Below are positions 10,368 to 18,739 of a stretch of 64,000 bases of DNA, one piece after another; the first letter of the stretch is position 1; each line of letters starts with the position of its first letter. The stretch lies in contig DAOPQC010000013.1 in NCBI GenBank assembly GCA_035358815.1, forward strand, positions 9,999-73,998. Reading direction: 5' to 3'. Made by a program: the position numbers and the translations under genes. The notes beneath the pieces are model-generated. The model had not been told where the DNA came from. It made no database searches and saw nothing but the letters and a program-made list of their open reading frames with translations. The DNA comes from Thermoanaerobaculales bacterium. Its GTDB lineage: Bacteria; Acidobacteriota; Thermoanaerobaculia; Thermoanaerobaculales; Sulfomarinibacteraceae.

Positions 10368-11035
10368 GGCTGCGCCCCCGCTACCCACTGCTGTTCCTGG
10401 TGTCGGTGCTGGCCGCGTTCCTGCTGTGGTACGTCCTGTCCGCGCAACGGACGCGGGAGATCTCGGTCCGCGGCGTTCGCGCCCAGCTCACCCTGGTCAA
10501 CATCCCGAGCAACCTGGTCCTGGTCTCGGGCGTCCCGGACACCGTCCTGGTCCAGCTGCGCGGGCCGCTGTCGCGGGCCCTCGACCCGCGCGCCACCCTG
10601 GAGGTCCTGCTCGACCTCTCGAACGCCCGCCCGGGCACCAGCTCCTACCCGATCAACGGGAGCGACATCCCGCTGCCGCCCGAGGTCGAGGTGGTGAGCG
10701 TCGAGCCGGCCGCCATCTCGCTCGAGCTCGAGCGGCGGCAGACCCTCAGCGTGGCGGTGAGGCCGGTCGTCGAGGGCGTGCCGGCCGCCGGCTTCGCGAT
10801 CGCGGCGGTGCGCGTGGCGCCGGAGCAGGTGGCGATCCAGGGGCCAGAGAGCCGCCTCGACGGCGTCGACTTCGTCGCGACCACTGCGGTGTCGGTGGAG
10901 GGCGCGACCGGCCCCGTCCAGGCGGTGGTCGAGCCGATCCTCCCCGACCCGCTGCTGCGGCTGCTGTCGGCCATCCCGATCCAGGTGGTGGTCCAGATCG
11001 AGCCGGGGGGCGCCCCGACGCCGGTGCCCCGCTGA
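10364..11035 (+). CDS. cdaR: CdaA regulatory protein CdaR (YbbR-like domains)
   Basis: N-terminal TM helix followed by beta-rich YbbR-like repeats. It sits between cdaA and glmM. The GTG start overlaps the cdaA TGA (GTGA). Confidence 0.6.
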   Translation: MRLRPRYPLLFLVSVLAAFLLWYVLSAQRTREISVRGVRAQLTLVNIPSNLVLVSGVPDTVLVQLRGPLSRALDPRATLEVLLDLSNARPGTSSYPINGSDIPLPPEVEVVSVEPAAISLELERRQTLSVAVRPVVEGVPAAGFAIAAVRVAPEQVAIQGPESRLDGVDFVATTAVSVEGATGPVQAVVEPILPDPLLRLLSAIPIQVVVQIEPGGAPTPVPR

Positions 11036-11099
11036 GCCTCCGGACGGGGTTGACGCCGCCCGGCGTCCTGTGGAAAGGTGACACGATTCCGGGAGACTG

Positions 11100-12425
11100 A
11101 TGAGCACCCTCTTCGGCACAGACGGGATCCGTGGACGGGCGTACTCGCCGCCGCTCGACGAGGACACAGTCCGCCGCCTCGGCGCGGTGCTCGCCGAGCT
11201 CCTGGGCAGGCGGACGGGGCGGCCGGTCCTGCTCGGCGGCGACACCCGTGCCTCGACCGAGACCCTGGCGCGCTGGTTCGCGGGCAGCTTCCAGGCGGCC
11301 GGGGGACGCGTCACCTGGGCCGGGGTGCTCCCGACCCCGGCGGTGTCGCAGCTCCTGCGCGGCGGCGGCTATGCGGCCGGGGTCGTGATCTCGGCGTCCC
11401 ACAACCCCGCTCACGACAACGGCATCAAGATCCTGGAGCCCTCCGGGGAGAAGCTGGCCGACGCCGCCGAGCGTCAGATCGAGGCCCGCATCGGCACCGT
11501 TCGGTCGACCGGCGACATCGCGCTCCCTCCGATCGACCGTTCCCTGGCCGAGCTCTACCTCGGGCTGGTGGTCTCCTCGGTCGGTGACGGGAGACCGCTG
11601 GCCGGCCTCCGGCTGGTGGTGGACGCCGCGAACGGAGCGGCGTCAGGGCTGGCCGAGGGCCTCCTCGAGCGCCTCGGCGCCCAGGTGACCTCGATCGCCT
11701 CGGCGCCGGACGGCAGCAACATCAACGCGGGCTGCGGCGCCACCGCCCCGGGGCGGCTCGCCGAGCGGGTGCTCGCCGAGCGGGCCGACGGCGGGCTTGC
11801 CCTCGACGGCGACGCCGACCGCGCGATGCTCGTCGACGAGGCGGGCAAGGTGCTGGACGGCGACGACATCCTGCTCGCCTGGGCACGCCAGCTCGCCGCC
11901 GACCGCCGGCTCCCCCACCGCCGGGTCGTCGCCACCGTCATGAGCAACTTCGGGCTCGAGCGCGCGCTCCGCCGCGATGGCATCGAGCTGCGCCGATGCG
12001 CGGTCGGCGACCGCTGGGTGTGGCAGGCGATGCGCCAGCACGAGGCCGCTCTCGGCGGCGAGCAGTCGGGCCACGTCATCTGTGCCCACCACGAGGTGTC
12101 GGGCGACGGCCTGCTGACCGGCAGCCAGCTGCTCGCCATCGCGGCGCGGCGTGGGGTGCCGGTGTCCGCGCTGTCCGACCTCGAGCGCTTCCCGCAGGTG
12201 CTCATCAACGTGCCGGTGCGGCGCAAGGCCCCGTTCGAGGACCTGCCTCCCGTCCGCCGCCAGCTGGAGCACGCCGAGGCCCGGCTGCAGGGCCGCGGCC
12301 GGGTGCTGCTTCGCTACTCGGGGACCGAGGCGCTGGCGCGGGTGATGATCGAGGGGGAGGACTCCGACGAGATCCACGCGCTGGCCGAGGAGCTCGCTGC
12401 CGTGATCAGGCGCGAGCTGGGGTAG
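11100..12425 (+). CDS. glmM: phosphoglucosamine mutase
   Basis: 441 aa with phosphoserine loop SASHNPAHDNGIK and an MSTLFGTDGIRG N-terminus. Confidence 0.9.
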   Translation: MSTLFGTDGIRGRAYSPPLDEDTVRRLGAVLAELLGRRTGRPVLLGGDTRASTETLARWFAGSFQAAGGRVTWAGVLPTPAVSQLLRGGGYAAGVVISASHNPAHDNGIKILEPSGEKLADAAERQIEARIGTVRSTGDIALPPIDRSLAELYLGLVVSSVGDGRPLAGLRLVVDAANGAASGLAEGLLERLGAQVTSIASAPDGSNINAGCGATAPGRLAERVLAERADGGLALDGDADRAMLVDEAGKVLDGDDILLAWARQLAADRRLPHRRVVATVMSNFGLERALRRDGIELRRCAVGDRWVWQAMRQHEAALGGEQSGHVICAHHEVSGDGLLTGSQLLAIAARRGVPVSALSDLERFPQVLINVPVRRKAPFEDLPPVRRQLEHAEARLQGRGRVLLRYSGTEALARVMIEGEDSDEIHALAEELAAVIRRELG

Positions 12426-12436
12426 ACGGAAGAGAG

Positions 12437-12743
12437 GATCTAGGATCTGGGATCTAGGGGATAGGGCCGCCGCCCGCTTCCGCTTCCGCGCCCGCTTCCG
12501 TCTCCGTTCCCGTTCCCGTTCCCGTTCCCGATCGCCAGCTCCGTCCTCGAGAGCGCTTCGCGCCCCTCCTCTGGAGGCGCTCTCCGAGGGTGCCACCGCT
12601 GACACTTTCGAGCCTCCGCACTGTGTGCAGCCCGCAGAGATGCGACCCCGAAAGTGTCACCAGTGGCACGCCCGCAGGACGCGATCTCCCGGTACTCGCC
12701 TCGTCATCCGGGCGCGGAAGCGGAAGGGCAAGCGGAAGCGGTG
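12437..12743 (+). repeat. mosaic intergenic repeat, copy 2 (A-B-C-D-E-F-G-B')
   Basis: A at 12437-12467 (GGATCTAGGATCTGGGATCTAGGGGATAGGG); B at ~12467-12503; C, (CCCGTT)n, at 12504-12530; D at 12541-12589; hairpin core E at 12590-12669 (arms 12590-12610 and 12649-12669); F (GCCCGCAGGACGCG) at 12670-12683; inverted B at 12710-12743. Confidence 0.9.
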
Positions 12744-12778
12744 TCTTTCCCACCGGGCCCGTACTCGCGTCGCAACCG

Positions 12779-13585
12779 CTACGCGACGCTCAGATGAGAC
12801 GCGATCAGACGCGCCACCCGCGCCGGGTCCTCGAAAAGGTGCAGGTGGCCGAGGCCGGCCAGCACCTCGAGCCGCGCACCGGGGATCCCGGAGGCGATCT
12901 CCGCGGCCCAGGCCCGGAACCCGGGCAGCTCGAGCTCGCCCACCGTCACCAGGGCCGGCACCGCGATCTCCGCGAGGCGGCCCGCCGCGGTCCACGAGCG
13001 CTCGACCCGGTCGCGCTCGGTGGCGAGGTACTCGGCGCCCGGGAAGCCGCCGACCAGCTCGGCCAGCCGCTCCCGCACGGCGGGCCGCGCGATCGACCCC
13101 TGCCACAGCGGGCTTTCGAGCCAGGGCCCGAGCATGGCAGCGCGGATGCCGTCGCGGCGGGCGGTGCGGGCGACCTCGCGCAGGGTGGCGAGGAACTCGG
13201 GCTCGTACTCCCGGTCCGGCAGCACCGGAGAGAGCAGGACCAGCTCCGACACCCGGCCGGGCATGGTCAGCGCCATCTCGAGGGCGATCCCGCCCCCGAT
13301 CGAGTAGCCGATGACGGCCACCCCCTCGACCCCGGCCGCGTCGAGCACCGCCGCCGCGTCGGCCGCGTGGTCCGTCCAGTGGTAGCCGCGGGACGGCCGG
13401 TCACTGCGGCCGTGGCCGCGCAGGTCGTAGCGCACGGTGCGCCGGCCGGCGGCGTGGAGCGGACCTGCCACGTCGTCCCAGATCCTCAGGTCCAGGGTGT
13501 GGCCGTGGATCAGCAGCACGGGCTCGCCCTGGCCCTCGTCGAGGACGTGGATCCGCACGCCGTCCGCAGACGTCACTTCGTTCAC
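12779..13585 (-). CDS. alpha/beta-fold hydrolase
   Basis: 268 aa with HG oxyanion motif LLIHGH and nucleophile elbow GYSIGG. Confidence 0.75.
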   Translation of the reverse strand: MNEVTSADGVRIHVLDEGQGEPVLLIHGHTLDLRIWDDVAGPLHAAGRRTVRYDLRGHGRSDRPSRGYHWTDHAADAAAVLDAAGVEGVAVIGYSIGGGIALEMALTMPGRVSELVLLSPVLPDREYEPEFLATLREVARTARRDGIRAAMLGPWLESPLWQGSIARPAVRERLAELVGGFPGAEYLATERDRVERSWTAAGRLAEIAVPALVTVGELELPGFRAWAAEIASGIPGARLEVLAGLGHLHLFEDPARVARLIASHLSVA

Positions 13586-13597
13586 CCGACCACCCTA

Positions 13598-13830
13598 CCA
13601 GGGGTGAGGGGTCAGGGGTTAGTGGTCCGGCCCCCCCGCCCGCTCTCGTCACGGCGAAGCCAACGGCGAAGCCGGATCCGCATCCGCACCCGCATCCATC
13701 CCCGCTCCTGTCTCCGCTCCCGTTCCCGTTCCCGTTCCCGTTCCCGAAAACGGACGAACCGGCCGGCACAGCGTCACCCGTGCGCGGGTGCGGGGGACAA
13801 AACCCGCTTCCGCTCCCATACCCGGGATTG
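13598..13830. repeat. mosaic intergenic repeat, copy 3 (A-like, H, B-like, C)
   Basis: A-like CAGGGGTGAGGGGTCAGGGGTTAG; module H GTCACGGCGAAGCCAACGGCGAAGCC; B-like GGATCCGCATCCGC; (CCCGTT)n at ~13717-13746. Confidence 0.8.
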
Positions 13831-13855
13831 CCTTCTGCCCGCTCTCCGTTACACT
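13828..13855 (+). promoter_or_regulatory. sigma70-type promoter candidate for apbC
   Basis: TTGCCT (13828-13833), 16-nt spacer, TACACT (13850-13855). It lies ~40 nt upstream of ATG 13894, which has a GGAGGA RBS. Confidence 0.35.
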
Positions 13856-13893
13856 GGCGGGCCGGCCGCGCGCGCGGCGGTGGAGGACGCACC

Positions 13894-14967
13894 ATGGGCC
13901 TGACCGAGCAGGACATTCTCCGCAAGCTGAGCGCCATCCCGGCGCCCGAGGGCAGCCGCGACCTGGTGTCGGCCGGCGCGGTTCGCCAGCTCGAGGTGGA
14001 CGGGGAACGAGTCCGGGTGCTGCTCGCCGTCGAGGCTGCGCGACCCGCCATCGCCGACGCCTTGCGCGGCGAGGTCGAGCGCCAGCTGCTCGCGCTGCCC
14101 GGCGTCGCCGCCGCCGAGGTCAAGCTGCAGACCCTGCTCGCCACCGTGCAGAGGCCGTCCCAGACCCAGGCCGCACCCCAGCCCAAGGGCTGGGCTCACC
14201 TGATCCCGGGGGTCGAGCGGGTCATCGCCGTGGCTTCGGGCAAGGGCGGCGTCGGCAAGTCGACCGTCGCCGCCAACCTCGCCCTCGCCCTGGCGCGGCG
14301 GGGCAAGCGGGTCGGCCTCCTCGACGCCGACATCTACGGGCCGTCGCAGCAGCTGATGATGGGCGCGGACCAGGGCCCCAGCGCCGACGCTGCCGGCAAG
14401 ATCCAGCCCGTCGATGCCGCCGGGGGCGTCAAGGTGATGTCCTTCGGCTACATCGTCGATCCCGATCAGCCCGTGATCTGGCGCGGCCCGATGCTGCAGA
14501 AGGCGCTCGAGCAGTTCGTCGGCGATGTGCTGTGGGGTGAGCTCGACTACCTGGTGGTGGACCTGCCCCCGGGCACCGGCGACGTCGCCCTGACCCTCTG
14601 CCAGAACGTCCCGCTGGAGGGCGCGGTCATCGTCACCACTGCCCAGGACGTGGCCCTCATCGACGCCCGCAAGAGTCTCCACATGTTCCGCAAGCTCGAG
14701 GTCCCGGTGCTCGGGCTGGTGGAGAACATGTCCCACTACACCTGCCCGGAGTGCGGCCACGTCGAGCACGTGTTCGGCTCGGGCGGCGGGCGCCGGACCG
14801 CCGACGCCCTGGGCGTGCCGTTCCTCGGCGAGATCCCGATCGATCCGGCGGTTGCGGCGGGCGGCGACACCGGCCATCCGGTCGTCCTGGAGAGGCCGCA
14901 GTCGCCGGTCGGCCGCGCCTTCACGGCGCTGGCGGAGGCGGTGCTCGAGAGGACGATGAGGATGTAG
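13894..14967 (+). CDS. apbC: Mrp/ApbC/NBP35-family Fe-S cluster carrier ATPase
   Basis: N-terminal MIP18-like domain, deviant Walker A SGKGGVGKST, and CPECGH cysteine pair. The internal ATG 13894 is chosen because it has an RBS. The TAG stop lies in a TAGGGG repeat unit. Confidence 0.85.
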   Translation: MGLTEQDILRKLSAIPAPEGSRDLVSAGAVRQLEVDGERVRVLLAVEAARPAIADALRGEVERQLLALPGVAAAEVKLQTLLATVQRPSQTQAAPQPKGWAHLIPGVERVIAVASGKGGVGKSTVAANLALALARRGKRVGLLDADIYGPSQQLMMGADQGPSADAAGKIQPVDAAGGVKVMSFGYIVDPDQPVIWRGPMLQKALEQFVGDVLWGELDYLVVDLPPGTGDVALTLCQNVPLEGAVIVTTAQDVALIDARKSLHMFRKLEVPVLGLVENMSHYTCPECGHVEHVFGSGGGRRTADALGVPFLGEIPIDPAVAAGGDTGHPVVLERPQSPVGRAFTALAEAVLERTMRM

Positions 14968-15168
14968 GGGGTAGGGGCTGGAGGTTAGGGGCACACCCGT
15001 TCGTTCCCGTTCCCGTTCCCGAAAAGCACGATCAGGCCCCCGGGCCGTCACTGGGCATCCGGCGCCGCTCCCAGCTTCGCCGTGACACGCGGGCGCGGAA
15101 ACGGGCGCGGGCCGGAGCCCTCACCCCCGACCCCCAGATGCTATCCCCTATCCCCTGACCCCTGGCCG
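14965..15168. repeat. mosaic intergenic repeat, copy 4 (A ... C ... H' ... inverted A)
   Basis: Left end TAGGGGGTAGGGGCTGGAGGTTAGGGGC; (CCCGTT)n at ~14996-15021; CTTCGCCGTGAC (inverted module H); right end CCAGATGCTATCCCCTATCCCCTGACCCCTGG, which is the inverse of the A-type block. Confidence 0.8.
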
Positions 15169-15180
15169 GGTGGCGGCGGG

Positions 15181-15948
15181 CTAACCCCCACCTTCCTGGT
15201 AGGACACCACGACGCGGGTCGCGCCCTCCTCGGTGCGGATCATGGCCGTCACGCTGCGCTGGCCGTCGCCCTGCGAGCCGGTCACGACCGCGCCCGAGTC
15301 GTCCTTCCCGAGCGAGAAGGTGTTGACGCGGACCTCGAAGCCGCCGCTCTCGAGCTTGCTGCGATAGAACTCGACCGCACCATCGACCGACTCGCCGCTG
15401 TTGAGCTGGAAGCCGCCGCTCACCCTGCCCTCGCCGTCGACAACGTGCGTGTTCGAGACCTCGGCATCCGGGAGCACCGGCACCCAGCCCGGCAGCTCGC
15501 CGGCGGTGTCGACGCCGGTCTTCAGCTTCCAGGTCTCGTCGCCGCGGCTGACGCTGAGGGTGCCCTGCTCGGCGTCGCCCTCGGCCTTGACGCTCACCTC
15601 TCCCTCGTCGGTGGTGAAGGTGATCCGGCCCTCCTTGAGGTCCTGGATGCTGACCGTGACGATCTCCCCGGTCTTCTTGTGGCGGACGGTGATCGTCCCC
15701 GCCTCTTCATCCGAGGACACCTCCTCGATCTCCGGGTTCACCTTCACGATCAGCCGCGCGGCGGCCATCTCCGGGTTGTCCTTGAAGTCCCCGGCGACGT
15801 CCTTCGCCTTCTTGACCACGAACAGGGTGGCGACGACCATCACCGCGGCCACGATCACCACCAGCACTCCGCAGCCGATGCCGATCCAGGCCAGGGTGCT
15901 GAGCCCTTTCTTCTTGGGAGCCGTCTCCTCGGTCATGGCGTCCTCCAT
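15181..15948 (-). CDS. single-pass membrane-anchored protein, hypothetical
   Basis: 255 aa with one N-terminal TM helix (LSTLAWIGIGCGVLVVIVAAVMVVATLFVV) and a beta-rich, acidic C-terminal domain. No motif recognised. Confidence 0.55.
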   Translation of the reverse strand: MEDAMTEETAPKKKGLSTLAWIGIGCGVLVVIVAAVMVVATLFVVKKAKDVAGDFKDNPEMAAARLIVKVNPEIEEVSSDEEAGTITVRHKKTGEIVTVSIQDLKEGRITFTTDEGEVSVKAEGDAEQGTLSVSRGDETWKLKTGVDTAGELPGWVPVLPDAEVSNTHVVDGEGRVSGGFQLNSGESVDGAVEFYRSKLESGGFEVRVNTFSLGKDDSGAVVTGSQGDGQRSVTAMIRTEEGATRVVVSYQEGGG

Positions 15949-16010
15949 TCTCGGTGCCGCCGGCAGCGGCGTGTTTCCGCGTGATCCGAGCGGAGCATAT
16001 CACCTGCATG

Positions 16011-16285
16011 AGGGGCTAGGATCTGGGATCTAGGGGATAGGGCCCGCCGCCCGCATCCGCGACCGCTTCCGGGTTTTTCCCCGTTCCCGTTCCCGTTCCC
16101 GTCCCCGTTCCCGTTCCCGTCCCCGTTCCCGTTCCCGCTCGTTCGCTCCGTCCTCGAGATCGCTTTGCACCGATTCTCTGGAGGCGCTCCCCGGGGTTGC
16201 CACCTTTGGCATTTCAGGCCTCGAGCACCCCTTGAGGAGGAATGTCGTCCTGAAATCGCCAAAGATGGCACGCCCGCAGGACGCG
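16011..16285 (+). repeat. mosaic intergenic repeat, copy 5 (A-B-C-D-E(subfamily II)-F)
   Basis: A at 16011-16041; the longest hexamer array, (CCCGTT/CCCGTC)n with ~9-10 units, at 16079-16136; D at 16146-16195; hairpin core at 16199-16269 (arms GCCACCTTTGGCATTTCAGG and CCTGAAATCGCCAAAGATGGC); F at 16270-16285. Confidence 0.9.
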
Positions 16286-16307
16286 GTTCCCGCAAACTGG
16301 CCCCGCG

Positions 16308-17852
16308 TCACTTCAGCCGCGTGAACGCGCCCTCCGGCTGAAGCAGGCTGCGGCAGCGGTAGAGCAGGACCGAGCGGATCACCTTGCCGTCGCGTTCGAT
16401 CTCGATCGGCGGCTCGGCGCGGACCTCCTCGAAGAGGCCGCGCAGCACCTGCTCCTGGCCTTCCCGATCGGTGACGAACAGCATGTCCCGCCCTGCGAGC
16501 TCCCCGGGTCGGTACCAGTAGAGCGAGGCCAACCCGTGCTTGCCGCCGCGGATGTTGGCGAGCCGGGTCGGCAGCCGCCCTCCGGACAGGAAGGCGTAGA
16601 GGTGGACGTCGCTGTAGCTCTCCGACGCCACCAGCTCGTCTGGCCGGCGCAGCGCCTCCAGGCGGGCGACGATCTCGTCGTTGCCGACCAGCTCGGCGAG
16701 GGCGCCGGTCGAGATCCTCTTCGGCTGCCCGCGGTAGCTCCAGGAAACGGCCAGCAGCCGTTCCGGCTGGAGCACGATCGCGACCGCTGCCAGCGACAGG
16801 CCGAGCCCCACCACCGCCCCGCACGCCACCAGCGCCGACCGGCCGCGGAACGCGACCAGGACCAGCAGCACCGCGGCGACCACGACACCGGTGGTCCCCC
16901 AGTGCGGGGACACCCGGGTGCGCAGCCCGACGGCGGCAAACAGCGCCAGTGGAAGCACGGCGGCCAGGCGGGCCGCGAGCCAGTCGGGTCGGCATGGCCG
17001 ACGCGAGCGCCACCAGGCGACGGCGAAGGCTGCCAGCAGGAAGGGCGTCAGCAGCAGCGCGATGGCGCCCAGGTACTCGCCCAGGTAGGTGAGGGTGAAG
17101 CCGGTGTCGGTGTGGCGGCCCTGGAGCTGGAATCGGATGTTGTCCCAGTCGTGCTGGACGGCCCACACCCACACCGGAAGCGTGAGCCCGCAGCTCAGCG
17201 CCGCCGCCAGGTACGGCACCGGCGTCCGCAGATGGCCGCGCGCCGGCCCCCGGAGGATGGCCGGCACGACCGCCGGCAGCACGGTGACAATGGGGAACTT
17301 GGCGAGGAACCCGAGGCCGGCGGCGATCCCGAAGCCCCACCACGCGCGCTGCTCTCCCTGGGCCAGCGCGACCGCAGCCCACGCCGCTCCGAGGTAGGCG
17401 GCCGCCATCGCGATGTCGGTGGACGCGTAGAACGAGCCCAGGAACATCAGCGGCGTCAGGTGCAGCACGAGGTAGGCAAGCGCGGCGTGGCGGGGGGTGC
17501 CGCCGAGCCGGCGCGCCAGCGGCAGCAGCATCAGACCGATCAAAAGGCTTGCGACGACCGCCGGCGCGCGGACCGCGAGCCGGGTCTCGCCGAGCACGGC
17601 CCGGAACGGGGCCATCGCCCAGATCACCAGCTTCGGCTGGTCGAAGGTGCTCCACTCGGCGTGGCGCGAGCAGTCCCAGTAGTAGGCCTCGTCGCCCGAG
17701 ACCGGCAGCGCGACGGCCAGCACGATGTGGAGCGCGGTCAGGGCGAGCAGCACGGCGGCGAAGCAGCGAAGCCCCGCGAGTCGGTCACCCTCGGGCAGCG
17801 CGGTCGAGGACCCCGCGCCGTCGGCGGTCACAGGCGTCGGCGCAGCTTCCAC
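16308..17852 (-). CDS. ArnT/PMT-like (GT39/GT83-type) membrane glycosyltransferase
   Basis: 514 aa and polytopic, with the N-terminal loop motif SGDEAYYWDCSRH typical of the family. It overlaps the upstream GT2 gene by 25 nt. Confidence 0.7.
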   Translation of the reverse strand: MEAAPTPVTADGAGSSTALPEGDRLAGLRCFAAVLLALTALHIVLAVALPVSGDEAYYWDCSRHAEWSTFDQPKLVIWAMAPFRAVLGETRLAVRAPAVVASLLIGLMLLPLARRLGGTPRHAALAYLVLHLTPLMFLGSFYASTDIAMAAAYLGAAWAAVALAQGEQRAWWGFGIAAGLGFLAKFPIVTVLPAVVPAILRGPARGHLRTPVPYLAAALSCGLTLPVWVWAVQHDWDNIRFQLQGRHTDTGFTLTYLGEYLGAIALLLTPFLLAAFAVAWWRSRRPCRPDWLAARLAAVLPLALFAAVGLRTRVSPHWGTTGVVVAAVLLVLVAFRGRSALVACGAVVGLGLSLAAVAIVLQPERLLAVSWSYRGQPKRISTGALAELVGNDEIVARLEALRRPDELVASESYSDVHLYAFLSGGRLPTRLANIRGGKHGLASLYWYRPGELAGRDMLFVTDREGQEQVLRGLFEEVRAEPPIEIERDGKVIRSVLLYRCRSLLQPEGAFTRLK

Positions 17853-18499
17853 AGCTTGATCAGGGTCCCGAACGCGATCCAGAGGCGGACCTTGGACTCG
17901 CCGTAGACGCGCGGCCGGTGGGTCACGCCGATCTGGGCCCAGCGCAGCCCGGCGCGGCGGGCGCGGGCGTAGATCTCGGCGTCGATCAGGAAGCCGTCCT
18001 CGGTCAGCTCGACCATGTAGAGGAAGGAGCTGCGGAACAGCTTGAGGGCGCAGTTGACGTCCCGCACGTCGAGGCCGAGGACGCGGGACTGCAGCCAGTT
18101 GTAGGTCGCCGAGACCCGCCGCCGGACCCAGGTGTCCTCACGGCCGACGCGGATGCCGCCGACCATGTCGGCGTCCTTGAGAAAGGGGTAGAGGTTGGAC
18201 GCCTCGCGCAGGTCGAACTGGCCGTCGGAGTCGGTCAGGCAGATCACCATGTAGCGCGCCGCCTCGAAGCCGCGGCGGATGGCGAGCCCGTAGCCCAGGT
18301 GCCCGTACTGGGTGAAGGCGCGGATCCGCGGGTCCCGGGCGGCGAACTCCTCGAGGATTGCCGGCGTCCGGTCGGTGGAGCCGTCGTCGACGACGATGAT
18401 CTCCCAGCGGCCGCAGATCTCGTCGAGCGCCTGCACCGCCTCGGGGATCACCACCGGCAGCGCCTCCTCCTCGTTGAGCGCCGGCATGACGACCGACAT
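17828..18499 (-). CDS. family 2 glycosyltransferase (polyprenyl-phosphate sugar synthase-like)
   Basis: Motifs MSVVMPALNEEE, VVDDGSTD and TDSDGQ. The internal ATG 18499 is chosen because the upstream part of listed ORF (to 18643) translates repeat DNA (RERGRERERG). Confidence 0.8.
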   Translation of the reverse strand: MSVVMPALNEEEALPVVIPEAVQALDEICGRWEIIVVDDGSTDRTPAILEEFAARDPRIRAFTQYGHLGYGLAIRRGFEAARYMVICLTDSDGQFDLREASNLYPFLKDADMVGGIRVGREDTWVRRRVSATYNWLQSRVLGLDVRDVNCALKLFRSSFLYMVELTEDGFLIDAEIYARARRAGLRWAQIGVTHRPRVYGESKVRLWIAFGTLIKLWKLRRRL

Positions 18500-18596
18500 C
18501 TCCGGGATCACGGGGTCGGGAGCCGTGGCATCCTCCTTCGGTTCGGACGTGCGGATTGTAGCAAAGCGCGCTCGTTCCAACGGCGCACCACTTCTC

Positions 18597-18708
18597 CGTC
18601 CCCGTTCCCGTTCCCGTCCCCGTTCCCGGGTGGTTGACCGCACCGGCAGATGGCGACCAAAGAGCCACGCAATCGTCGGGAACGGGCACGGGAACGGTAG
18701 CGGGAACG
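18597..18708. repeat. mosaic repeat, copy 6: inverted pair of hexamer arrays
   Basis: (CCCGTT/CCCGTC)n at 18597-18628 and (GGGAAC)n-like at 18677-18708, flanking ~48 nt. Together they could form a long imperfect hairpin. Confidence 0.8.
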
Positions 18709-18739
18709 AACCGGGAGGTGGTCGTCGAGAGCGTGGCGC

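Noticed and set aside
12661-12683. TGGCAC inside repeat modules E/F (AGTGGCACGCCCGCAGGACGCG) as a dispersed sigma54 -24 element.
   Set aside because: The -12 position reads CAGGA rather than TTGC, so there is no GC dinucleotide at the required spacing. The TGGCAC is explained by its role as the base of the hairpin stem.
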